Assembly: GCA_052386675.1 (NCBI GenBank)
Contig: JBQTJX010000019.1
Location: 81,498 to 145,497 of the forward strand
Source of the DNA: Betaproteobacteria bacterium
Lineage (GTDB): Bacteria > Pseudomonadota > Gammaproteobacteria > Burkholderiales > SG8-39
Direction: 5' to 3'
DNA: 64,000 bases
A program made the position numbers and the translations under genes. This document shows positions 19,923 through 28,284 of the stretch, one piece after another (the stretch's first letter is position 1; each line of letters starts with the position of its first letter). The notes below the pieces were generated by a model. The model ran no database searches and had not been told where the DNA came from. It was given only the letters and a program-made list of their open reading frames with translations.

Positions 19923-20707
19923 GGGTGTGCCGGCTGGCTTTCGGAAACGGTGCGTTTGAGTTCGGAGAAGCTCTGCTTCAGGGGCTTGCCGCTGGTGTCC
20001 ACCACGGCATCGGCGCGGGCGTAAAGCGCGTCGCGCTCGGCCAGCAGGCGGCGGATTTCGTCCAGCGCGGTGCTGCGTCCCTGCATCTTGCCCGCGAACG
20101 GCCGCAGGTCGCCTTGTTCCATGACCCGCTTCATGTGCTCCTCGGGCGAGGCCTTGAGCCAGACGCAGGTGCAGTTGTCGAGCAGCATGCGCCAGCTCTC
20201 GGGATCATTCACCAGGCTGCCGCCTGCCGCGACGACCGCGCGCGGATGCTGCTTCAGCACGCGGGCGAGGGCCTTGCGTTCGAAGCGGCGGAAGGCGTCC
20301 TGGCCGTACATGGAGAACACTTCGCCCAGTCCGGCGCCGGCTTCGCGCTCCACCTCGCGGTCCAGCTCGACGAACGGGATGTCCATTGCCAGGGCGAGCC
20401 TTGCGCCCAGGGTCGATTTGCCCGCGCCGCGAAGCCCGACCAGTGCGATGCGGCTGCGCTTGGGCTCGGCGTCATGCTCGCGCACCAGGATTTCCACCGG
20501 CACTTCCATGGCGTGCGCGATGCGGCGCAGGAGCAGGATGGAGACATTGCCTTCGCCCGCCTCCAGCTGCGCGAGGTAGCGCTCGGAAACCTCCGAGGCC
20601 GCCGCCAGCGCCTTGCGCGTCATGCGCTGTCCGGCGCGCCAGGCGCGCACCCGGTCGCCCAGCTGGGACAGGTAGAGCGATTCGGGACGGGGGTGAGGGG
20701 CGTTCAT
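19919..20707 (-). CDS. boxR: BoxR/BzdR-type regulator (XRE HTH + shikimate-kinase-like domain)
   Basis: N-terminal HTH (MTRKALAAASEVSERYLAQLEAGEGN) plus a P-loop GLRGAGKST shikimate-kinase-like domain. ATGA overlap with the boxC start. Confidence 0.85.
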   Translation of the reverse strand: MNAPHPRPESLYLSQLGDRVRAWRAGQRMTRKALAAASEVSERYLAQLEAGEGNVSILLLRRIAHAMEVPVEILVREHDAEPKRSRIALVGLRGAGKSTLGARLALAMDIPFVELDREVEREAGAGLGEVFSMYGQDAFRRFERKALARVLKQHPRAVVAAGGSLVNDPESWRMLLDNCTCVWLKASPEEHMKRVMEQGDLRPFAGKMQGRSTALDEIRRLLAERDALYARADAVVDTSGKPLKQSFSELKRTVSESQPAHP

Positions 20708-20749
20708 GCAATATGGTGCTTGACCGAAAGTTTAGGCTGCAATATAGTG
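20707..20749. promoter_or_regulatory. divergent boxR / ligase control region with two TGCAATAT(G/A)GTG direct repeats (candidate BoxR operators)
   Basis: TGCAATATGGTG at 20707-20718 and TGCAATATAGTG at 20738-20749, 31 nt start to start. The first reads TGCA-N6-TGCT. Confidence 0.4.
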
Positions 20750-20759
20750 TGTGTCAAGG

Positions 20760-22757
20760 ATGAGCGCCAGGATCCACATTCTCGTCGGCACCATGACCGG
20801 CACGGCCCAGCTCGTGGCGCAGGAGCTGGAACTCGCCTGGGACGACGGTGAGACCGTAGTCGCGACCCTGTTGATGGACAAGCTGGATGCCGCAGTGTTC
20901 GAGAAGCCCGGCGTGTTCCTGATCTGCACCTCCACCTACGGCCAGGGCGACGTGCCGGACAACGCCAAGGCCCTTTACGAAGACCTGAAGGCGAAGCGGC
21001 CGGACCTGTCCCGGGTGCGCTACGGCGTATTCGGCCTCGGCGACCGGACCTACGCCGAGACCTTCAATTTCGGCGGGAAGAAGTTCGACGAACTCCTGTC
21101 CGGACTCGGCGCGCAGCGCATCGGCGAGCGCGTGCAGCACGATGCCTCCTCCGGAACGCTGCCCGAGGAAGTCGCGGCGGAATGGGGCCAGGCCTGGCTG
21201 GAATTGGCCAGGGAAAATCAGGGACAGACCACGATTTTGGCCCGAGGGGGAGACATGGAAATACCGCGCCAGTACAACGCGGCGGTGGATTTGGTCGAGG
21301 GGAACCTCGCCGCCGGCCGCGCCGGCAAGACCGCCTACATCGACGACGCCGGCCAGTGCAGCTTTGGCGAGCTCGCCGAGCGCGTGAACCGCTTCGGCAA
21401 CCACCTGTTGTCGCTGGGCCTGCGGATGGAAGACCGCATCCTCATCGCGATGCACGATTCCATCGACTGGCCGGTCGCATTCCTTGGCGCTATCAAGGCC
21501 GGCATCGTGCCGATCGCCGTCAATACCTTGCTGACACCGAAGGACTACGAGTACATGCTCTCGGACAGCCGCGCCAAGGCGCTGCTGGTGTCGCCGGCGC
21601 TGGCGCCGCAGTTCGAGCCGTTCCTGGCCAAGCTGCCGTTCCTCAAGCACATCCTCAAGCCGCCGTTCGCCGAACTGCTCGCCAAGGCAAGTCCCGCGCT
21701 GGATCCGGCGCCGACCACGCGCGACGATCCCTGCTTCTGGCTCTACTCCTCGGGCTCAACCGGCATGCCCAAAGGTACGGTGCACGTGCATTCGAGCATG
21801 CGGCTGACCGCGGACCTGTATGCGAAGGGCGTCCTCGGGCTGGGCGATTCTGACGTCGTGTTTTCCGCGGCCAAGCTGTTCTTTGCCTACGGCCTGGGCA
21901 ACTCGCTGTCCTTCCCGCTCGCCGCCGGCGCGACCACCATCCTGATGGCGGAGCGCCCGACGCCGGACGCGGTGTTCAAGCGCCTGAGCGAGAAGAAGCC
22001 GACGCTGTTCTTCGGTGTGCCGACGCTATACGCCGCCATGCTGGCTTCGCCCGCCTTCCCGGGCAAGGACCAGCTGAATCTCAGGCAATGCATTTCCGCG
22101 GGAGAAGCGCTGCCACCCCAGATCTCCAGGACGTTCAAGGAGAAAGTCGGCGTCGAGATCCTGGACGGCATCGGCTCCACCGAGATGCTGCACATCTTCC
22201 TCTCCAACCGGCCTGGCGACCTGCGCTACGGCACCACCGGCAAGGCGGTTCCGGGCTACGAACTGAAACTGGTGGATGAGCAGGGCAACCTCGTGAAGCA
22301 GGGCGAGTTGGGCGAGCTCCTCATCAAGGGGCCCACGGCGGCCAACCTGTACTGGAACAACCGGGAAAAGAGCCGCTCGACCTTCGTTGGCGAGTGGGCG
22401 CGGTCCGGCGACAAGTACACGCAGGACGCCGATGGCTTCTATGCCTACGGCGGCCGCACCGACGACATGCTCAAGGTGTCCGGCATCTGGGTGTCGCCCG
22501 CCGAGGTCGAGGCGGCGCTGGTGTCGCACGAGGCGGTGCTCGAGGCCGCGGTGGTGGGGCACGAGGACGAGCAGAAGCTGGTGAAGCCCAAGGCCTTCGT
22601 GGTCCTCAAGCCGGGCCGCCAGGCCACGGTCGAGGACCTGCAGGCTTACGTCAAGAGCAAGCTCGCGCCCTACAAATACCCTCGCTGGATCGAGTTCGCG
22701 GCGGAACTGCCCAAGACGGCGACCGGGAAGATCCAGCGCTTCAAGCTGCGCGGCTAG
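20760..22757 (+). CDS. flavodoxin (MioC-like) fused in frame to benzoate/4-hydroxybenzoate-CoA ligase
   Basis: Single ORF with no stop. The flavodoxin part has ILVGTMTGTA, CTSTYGQGD and FGLGDRTY. The ligase part starts at internal ATG 21255 (SD GGGGGAGA) and has YSSGSTGMPKG and TGKIQRFKLR. The upstream start is GTG 20751 or ATG 20760. Confidence 0.65.
   Translation: MSARIHILVGTMTGTAQLVAQELELAWDDGETVVATLLMDKLDAAVFEKPGVFLICTSTYGQGDVPDNAKALYEDLKAKRPDLSRVRYGVFGLGDRTYAETFNFGGKKFDELLSGLGAQRIGERVQHDASSGTLPEEVAAEWGQAWLELARENQGQTTILARGGDMEIPRQYNAAVDLVEGNLAAGRAGKTAYIDDAGQCSFGELAERVNRFGNHLLSLGLRMEDRILIAMHDSIDWPVAFLGAIKAGIVPIAVNTLLTPKDYEYMLSDSRAKALLVSPALAPQFEPFLAKLPFLKHILKPPFAELLAKASPALDPAPTTRDDPCFWLYSSGSTGMPKGTVHVHSSMRLTADLYAKGVLGLGDSDVVFSAAKLFFAYGLGNSLSFPLAAGATTILMAERPTPDAVFKRLSEKKPTLFFGVPTLYAAMLASPAFPGKDQLNLRQCISAGEALPPQISRTFKEKVGVEILDGIGSTEMLHIFLSNRPGDLRYGTTGKAVPGYELKLVDEQGNLVKQGELGELLIKGPTAANLYWNNREKSRSTFVGEWARSGDKYTQDADGFYAYGGRTDDMLKVSGIWVSPAEVEAALVSHEAVLEAAVVGHEDEQKLVKPKAFVVLKPGRQATVEDLQAYVKSKLAPYKYPRWIEFAAELPKTATGKIQRFKLRG
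21211..21240. repeat. half-copy of the GGGAAAATCAGGGAC(G/A)GACCACG hairpin repeat, inside the fusion linker
   Basis: GGGAAAATCAGGGACAGACCACGATTTTGG versus 50213-50241 GGGAAAATCAGGGACGGACCACGTTTTCC. They differ by one mismatch and one indel before the tails diverge. Confidence 0.7.
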
Positions 22758-23770
22758 GCTGTTTGATGTAACCGATCGGTTACATCGAGGAAGCGCAGCG
22801 CGTTGCCGGCGCGGATCGCCCGCAGCGTGGCGGCATCGAAACCGGCCTGCTCCACCGTCCCCAGCGGGTCGAGGTCGCCCATGTTGAACGGGTAGTCGCT
22901 CCCGATCATCACCTGGGAGGCGCCGTAGGTTTCCACCGCGAAGCGAACCGCCTTCGGCTCGAACAGCAATGCGTCATAGAAAAAGCGCCGCGCATACGCC
23001 AAGGGCGACTCCGCCAGCGATTCCTTTGCCTTCGGGATCGCATTCCACGCGTGCACCAGCCGCGGCAGCAGCAGTGGCAGCCCGCCGCCGCCGTGGCTGA
23101 ACGCAATGCGTAGTTCCGGATGCCGTGACGCGATGCCACCGGTGATCATGGACGCGGCCGCCAGCGCAATGTCCCCCGGAAAGCACACCGCCTGTTCGGA
23201 GAAGGCACCGACGATGCGCTCCTGTCCGGCGGGACGCAGCGCATGGACGAAGATCGCCATCTCCATGGTTGCCGCGGCAGCGAAGAACGGCTCGAAGCGC
23301 GCGTCGCCGATGGACACGCCGTTGACGTGGCTCGCGATCTCCACGCCCGGGAACTTCAGGGATTGCTTGACGAATTCCAGCTCGCGGATGGCGCTGTCCA
23401 CGTCCTGCAGCGGCACGCAGCCCAGGCCGATGAAGCGCTCCGGCGCGAGCGCGACCATGCGCGCAATCTCTTCATTGAGGAACCGGATCAGGACCTTCGC
23501 GTCCTCCAGCGGCAGCCAGTAGGACAGCAGTTCCGGCATCGGCGACAGCGCCTGCCGCGTCACCCGCATCTCGCCCATGGCCTCGATCCGCCGCGGCACG
23601 CTCCAGCTGCCATCGGACACCGTGCGGTAGACCTTGCCGGAAATCATCACGTGGCGGTGGCAGGCATGCGCCTCGGCCATGGCAGGCCAGGGCACGTCGC
23701 GGCCCGCGCCGGCGTAGGCGGGGAAGTCCTCCGGTACGACGTGGGTATGGACGTCGATGCAGTCGGTCAT
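22754..23770 (-). CDS. amidohydrolase-2 (ACMSD/aromatic-acid decarboxylase-like) family protein
   Basis: 338 aa with N-terminal metal motif IDVHTHVVPEDFP and the family pattern through GSDYPF. The last 9 codons are read from palindrome copy 1. Confidence 0.8.
   Translation of the reverse strand: MTDCIDVHTHVVPEDFPAYAGAGRDVPWPAMAEAHACHRHVMISGKVYRTVSDGSWSVPRRIEAMGEMRVTRQALSPMPELLSYWLPLEDAKVLIRFLNEEIARMVALAPERFIGLGCVPLQDVDSAIRELEFVKQSLKFPGVEIASHVNGVSIGDARFEPFFAAAATMEMAIFVHALRPAGQERIVGAFSEQAVCFPGDIALAAASMITGGIASRHPELRIAFSHGGGGLPLLLPRLVHAWNAIPKAKESLAESPLAYARRFFYDALLFEPKAVRFAVETYGASQVMIGSDYPFNMGDLDPLGTVEQAGFDAATLRAIRAGNALRFLDVTDRLHQTA
22766..22785. repeat. 20-bp perfect palindrome ATGTAACCGATCGGTTACAT (copy 1 of 4)
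   Basis: Read directly. Lies 8 nt after the ligase TAG and inside the last codons of the convergent amidohydrolase ORF. Confidence 0.95.
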
Positions 23771-23825
23771 GCAACCGTGCTCCCGCCTCCGTTGAGGAAG
23801 CGGGAGCATAGCGGAACCGACCCGG

Positions 23826-24062
23826 TCAGCGGAAAAGGCCGTCGATCTGGCTCCGGTGCAGGCCGATGTCGCGCAGCGTGTGGTCGCTCAGGCCGTGCAG
23901 CTCGCGCCGCGTGGCGGCCTTGCCGCGCGCCTGCGCCCAGGCCGCGACTGTGTCGCAGGCGGAGGACAGGGCGCCCGCGAGGGCTGCCGCGAGCGCGGCG
24001 AGGCGCCGGTTGCCGCTCGCTCCGAGCGGCTGCGGCAGTTCGATGGCGTGGATCCGTTCCAT
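23826..24062 (-). CDS. DUF1127 domain-containing protein
   Basis: 78 aa with C-terminal LSDHTLRDIGLHRSQI, the DUF1127 signature. Confidence 0.7.
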   Translation of the reverse strand: MERIHAIELPQPLGASGNRRLAALAAALAGALSSACDTVAAWAQARGKAATRRELHGLSDHTLRDIGLHRSQIDGLFR

Positions 24063-24181
24063 GTGCTTCTCCTTCAGGTGCTTCCCCGGCTGGGGACATG
24101 GGCGCAGTCTGGGCGGACGAGGTATTCCGTCGATGTCGATTCGGAAACACTTCGTATCGTTGGGTATCATCCGGATCTCAC

Positions 24182-24928
24182 ATGGCGACCGAACGTGACA
24201 TTCCTGGCAGCGGCAGCGTCCTGATCGTCGAGGACGATGCCGACGCGGGCGAGGCGACGCGCGAGTACCTGTCGAACCACGGCTTCGTGGTGGCCCTGGC
24301 CGGCGACGGCCAGGCAATGCGCGAGGCCATCGCCCGGGGCGTGCCCGACGTCGTGCTGCTGGACGTGAACCTGCCGGGCGAGGACGGGTTTTCCCTCGCG
24401 CGCTGGCTGCGGGAGCGGCACGAGGTGGCGATCATCATGGTGACGGGGCAGGGCGACGTCGTGGACCGCGTCGTCGGCCTGGAGGTCGGGGCGGACGACT
24501 ATCTTGCCAAGCCCTACGACCCGCGCGAGTTGCGCGCCCGAATCCGCAGCGTGCTGCGGCGGGTCAGGAAGGGCCCGGCGGCGAGCGCCGGCGGGTCCGA
24601 AAGCGAGGCTGCGGCGCAGGGCAAGCGGGTGAAGGTGGGCAGTTGCCAGCTCGACTTCCTGACCCACCAGCTGTTCGGCGCGGACGGCGCGGAAATCCCG
24701 CTCACCGGAATGGAATTCGACCTGCTCAAGGTATTCCTCGAGAACCCGAACCGGGTGTTGTCGCGCGACCAGCTGCTCAACTTCACGCGCAAGAGGGACT
24801 GGGAGCCGTTCGACCGCTCCATCGACATCCGCATCGCGCGCCTGCGGCGCAAGATCGAGGCCGATCCGGCCAAGCCTGCCGCCATCAAGACCGTGCGGGG
24901 CGCGGGGTACCTGTTCGTCCCCGGCTGA
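24182..24928 (+). CDS. OmpR-family response regulator
   Basis: REC domain (LIVEDD...DVVLLDVNLPGEDG...KP) plus a winged-helix Trans_reg_C domain (TVRGAGYLF). Confidence 0.9.
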   Translation: MATERDIPGSGSVLIVEDDADAGEATREYLSNHGFVVALAGDGQAMREAIARGVPDVVLLDVNLPGEDGFSLARWLRERHEVAIIMVTGQGDVVDRVVGLEVGADDYLAKPYDPRELRARIRSVLRRVRKGPAASAGGSESEAAAQGKRVKVGSCQLDFLTHQLFGADGAEIPLTGMEFDLLKVFLENPNRVLSRDQLLNFTRKRDWEPFDRSIDIRIARLRRKIEADPAKPAAIKTVRGAGYLFVPG

Positions 24929-25025
24929 ACTGCTCCAGCCGCGCATTGTTTCAGTCCTGTTTCAATGGTTGCGCCCGGGTAACGCCGGCTGATTCCCGCA
25001 GGCCTTGCCGCTAGACTGCCGCCCG

Positions 25026-27797
25026 ATGACGAAGGAAAGGGACATCGCCAGCGCCATGCGCGAGGCCGCGCTCGCGGTCTCCGGCGCCGAGGGCGAGAAG
25101 ATCTACGAGCAGCTGCTCACGGCGCTCGCGTCCATCCTGGGGGTCGAATTCGGCCTGGTTTCGGTGTTCCCGGAGCCATCGCGCGCCCGCCTGCAGACGC
25201 TGGCGACGTTCTTCGACGGCCGCATCGCGGGCAACATCGAGTACGACATCGCGGGCACGCCTTGCGCCAGCACCGTCGGACGTGCGTTCCGCTTCCTGCC
25301 GCAGGGCGTGGCGGCGCAGTTCCCGGACGACGCCATCCTGGCGGAGCAGCGGATCGAGGGCTACGCGGCCACGACCCTGAACGACGCCTACGGCCGCGCC
25401 ATCGGCGTGCTGTCGGTGATGTCGCGCCAGCCGCTCGGCGACAAGGCCCTGTTCGAGGCCATGCTCAAGATCTTCGCCGCGCGCGTCGGCGCCGAGATCG
25501 AGCGCCGGCGCTCGGAGACGAGCTACCGCACCATCTTCGAGGCCGCCGAATCCGCCATCCTGGTGCTCGATTTCGAGACTGGCGCGATCGTGGACGCCAA
25601 TCCCAAGGCCTGCGCGACCTTCGGCATCGGCGTCGAGGCGTTGCGTCGCCTGTCGCTCGATGCGTTCGGCACCGGCGAGCCGCCCTATGCCGGGGCCGAC
25701 GCGATCCGGCTCATCGAACGCGCGCGGCAGGGCGAACTGGTGCGCAGCGAATGGCACCGCCGCAACCGCGACGGCAGCCTGCACTGGGACGAGATCACGC
25801 TGAAGAAGGTGGAGATCTCCGGGACGCCGCACGTCTTCGTCGCCACGCGGGAGATCACCGAGCGCAAGGCGGCCGAGGAGCGGCTGCGGGCGAGCGAGGA
25901 GCAGTACCGCTCCATCTTCGACGCCACCACCGACTCGCTGGTGCTGCGCGACGCCGGTTTCCGCATCGTCGACGTCAATCCGGCCTATGAGCGGCTCGGC
26001 GGGCATCGCCGCGAGGATGTCGTGGGCTCCACCCAGCTGACGCTGCAGGTGCCGGAGCTGAACGAGGACCGGCGCCGGCTGCATGCGCGCGCGATCGCCG
26101 GCGAGGCCTTCCACGTCGAATCGGAGGCGCGGCGCAAGGACGGCAGCCGCTTCCTGCTCGAGGTCCACGGCGTGCCCATGGTCTACCGCGGCCAGCCGCA
26201 CGTGCTCTACGTCGGCCGCGACATCACGGACCGGCGCGCCGCCGAGGACCGTCTTCGCGCCAGCGAGGAGCAGTACCGCGCGATTTTCAACGCCTCGGCC
26301 GACTCGCTGGTGCTGCGCGACGCCGGGTTCCGCATTGTCGACGTCAACGCGGCCTACGAGGCGATGAGCGGACGCAGGCGCGCCGAGGCCGTTGGGCGCA
26401 TGGACCTCACCATGAGCAACCCCGAGCTCACCGCCCGCATCCGCGCGCTGCACGAACGCGCCCTCGCCGGCGAGACCGTGACCTGGGAGGCGGACGCGCG
26501 GCGCGAGGACGGCGGCACCTTCCAGATCGAGGTGCGCGGCGTGCCGATCCGGCACCGCGACCAGCCGCACGTGCTCTACATCGGCCGCGACATCAGCCCG
26601 CGAAAGCGCGCCGAGGCCGAACGCGAGCAGCTGGAGGCGCAATTGCGACAGGCGCAGAAGATGGAGGCCATCGGCCAGCTCACCGGCGGCATCGCGCACG
26701 ACTTCAACAACATCCTGCAGGGCATCCTCGGCAACCTGGTGCTCGCCGCCGAGCGCCAGGCCGAACTGGGCGACGCCCAGCTGGGCAAGTACCTGGACCG
26801 CGCCCAGCACTCCTCGAAGCGGGCGCGCGAACTGATCGCGCAGATGCTCACCTTCAGCCGCGGCCAGCGCGGCGCGCGGCGCGCGGTGCGCATGGCCGAC
26901 CTGGTGCAGGACTCCTGCAAGCTGCTGCGCTCGACGCTGCCGGCGACCATCGACCTGCGCCTCAGCCTGGACGAGGAAGTGCCTCCGCTGTCGATCGACC
27001 CGGTGCAGATGGAACAGGTGGTGCTGAACCTGTCCATCAACGCGCGCGACGCCATGGGCGGGACCGGCGCCATCCGCCTCGGTCTTCTGGCGCCGCGCCG
27101 CGTTACGGGCGTCTGCGCCTCCTGCCGGCAGAAGGTGGACGGCCGCTACGCCGAGCTTTACGTGCGCGATACCGGTCCGGGCATCGTGCCCGCGGTGATG
27201 GAGCGCATGTTCGAGCCGTTCTACTCCACCAAGGCCGTTGGCCGCGGCAGCGGCATGGGCCTGTCGCTCGCGCACGGCATCGTGCACGAGCATGGCGGGC
27301 ACATCGTGGTGGACTCGATCCTGAACGAGCGCACCAAGTTCCGCGTCCTGCTGCCGGCGCCGGAGGCGGGCGCCGGCGAGCCGCCTGCGGAGCAGACCGG
27401 CGGCCGCCTGCTGGCGCGCGCGCAGCTCAAGGGCCGGGTGCTGGTGGCGGACGACGAGGAAGTGATCCGGGAGTTCATGCAGGACCTGCTCGCGGGCTGG
27501 GGACTGGAGGTCGACACCGCCCCCGACGGCGCGGCGGCCCGCGAAGCCTTCGCGGCGCAACCGCAGCGCTACGACCTGGTCATCACCGACCAGACCATGC
27601 CGGGGATGACCGGTCTTGCCCTGGCGCGCGAGATCGCCCGCCTGCGGCCGGGCCTGCCGGTGATCCTGTATACCGGCTATGCCTCCGACCTGTCGCAGCG
27701 CGAGCTGGATGCGGCCTGCGTCGCTGCGCTGGTGAGGAAGCCCATCGAGCCGGCGCAACTGCTGCCAATCCTGCGCGAGAGACTTTTCTCACGCTGA
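25026..27797 (+). CDS. hybrid sensor histidine kinase (GAF-like, 3 PAS, HisKA, HATPase_c, REC)
   Basis: H-box GGIAHDFNNIL, G-boxes DTGPGI and GSGMGLS, and a C-terminal REC (VADDEE...DLVITDQTMPGMTG). ATG 25026 is preferred over TTG 25005. Confidence 0.9.
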   Translation: MTKERDIASAMREAALAVSGAEGEKIYEQLLTALASILGVEFGLVSVFPEPSRARLQTLATFFDGRIAGNIEYDIAGTPCASTVGRAFRFLPQGVAAQFPDDAILAEQRIEGYAATTLNDAYGRAIGVLSVMSRQPLGDKALFEAMLKIFAARVGAEIERRRSETSYRTIFEAAESAILVLDFETGAIVDANPKACATFGIGVEALRRLSLDAFGTGEPPYAGADAIRLIERARQGELVRSEWHRRNRDGSLHWDEITLKKVEISGTPHVFVATREITERKAAEERLRASEEQYRSIFDATTDSLVLRDAGFRIVDVNPAYERLGGHRREDVVGSTQLTLQVPELNEDRRRLHARAIAGEAFHVESEARRKDGSRFLLEVHGVPMVYRGQPHVLYVGRDITDRRAAEDRLRASEEQYRAIFNASADSLVLRDAGFRIVDVNAAYEAMSGRRRAEAVGRMDLTMSNPELTARIRALHERALAGETVTWEADARREDGGTFQIEVRGVPIRHRDQPHVLYIGRDISPRKRAEAEREQLEAQLRQAQKMEAIGQLTGGIAHDFNNILQGILGNLVLAAERQAELGDAQLGKYLDRAQHSSKRARELIAQMLTFSRGQRGARRAVRMADLVQDSCKLLRSTLPATIDLRLSLDEEVPPLSIDPVQMEQVVLNLSINARDAMGGTGAIRLGLLAPRRVTGVCASCRQKVDGRYAELYVRDTGPGIVPAVMERMFEPFYSTKAVGRGSGMGLSLAHGIVHEHGGHIVVDSILNERTKFRVLLPAPEAGAGEPPAEQTGGRLLARAQLKGRVLVADDEEVIREFMQDLLAGWGLEVDTAPDGAAAREAFAAQPQRYDLVITDQTMPGMTGLALAREIARLRPGLPVILYTGYASDLSQRELDAACVAALVRKPIEPAQLLPILRERLFSR

Positions 27798-27905
27798 AGC
27801 CCGGAGAATTACCTTGGCGCAACAATTCCGCGGCGAACGGACATGCTCCGGTAACCGCGCCCCGCAAGACTGGCTCCCGTGCATTGCCAACAACGGGAGA
27901 ACATC

Positions 27906-28217
27906 ATGGATGAGTACATCGTGCAGGGCCCCGTGGCGCTCCAGCAAGGGGCGCACATGCGGATCGTGGACGGCCTGGAGCAGGTCATCTACGTGTGGGA
28001 AGGCGCCGTCTGGATCACCCAGGAAGGCGACCGCGAGGACTACCTGCGCCGCGCCGGCGAATGGTTCCGGATGGACCGCAACGGCGCCACCGTGGTCTGC
28101 GCCATCGGCAAGGCGTCGCTGACCGTCGCCGCCCCGGCGCGCGAGCCGAGCGCCTGGAACCGCTTCTGGACCGGCCTGTTCGCGGCGCACGCGCGCCCGA
28201 CCAGTGCGGCGCTCTGA
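27906..28217 (+). CDS. DUF2917 domain-containing protein
   Basis: 103 aa with VWEGAVWITQEGDREDYLRRAGEWF, a DUF2917-like block. SD GGGAGA precedes ATG 27906. Confidence 0.6.
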   Translation: MDEYIVQGPVALQQGAHMRIVDGLEQVIYVWEGAVWITQEGDREDYLRRAGEWFRMDRNGATVVCAIGKASLTVAAPAREPSAWNRFWTGLFAAHARPTSAAL

Positions 28218-28284
28218 GCCGCGCCTAGAACTCCAAGCAGACCTTGCCGAAGTGCGCGCCGCTCTACCGGTGCGCCAGGGCCGC

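Noticed and set aside
23779-23807. Hairpin GCTCCCGC(CTC)...(GAGG)..GCGGGAGC downstream of the DUF1127 gene, considered as a terminator.
   Set aside because: No U-tract follows it on the relevant (minus) strand. The support is too weak to call.
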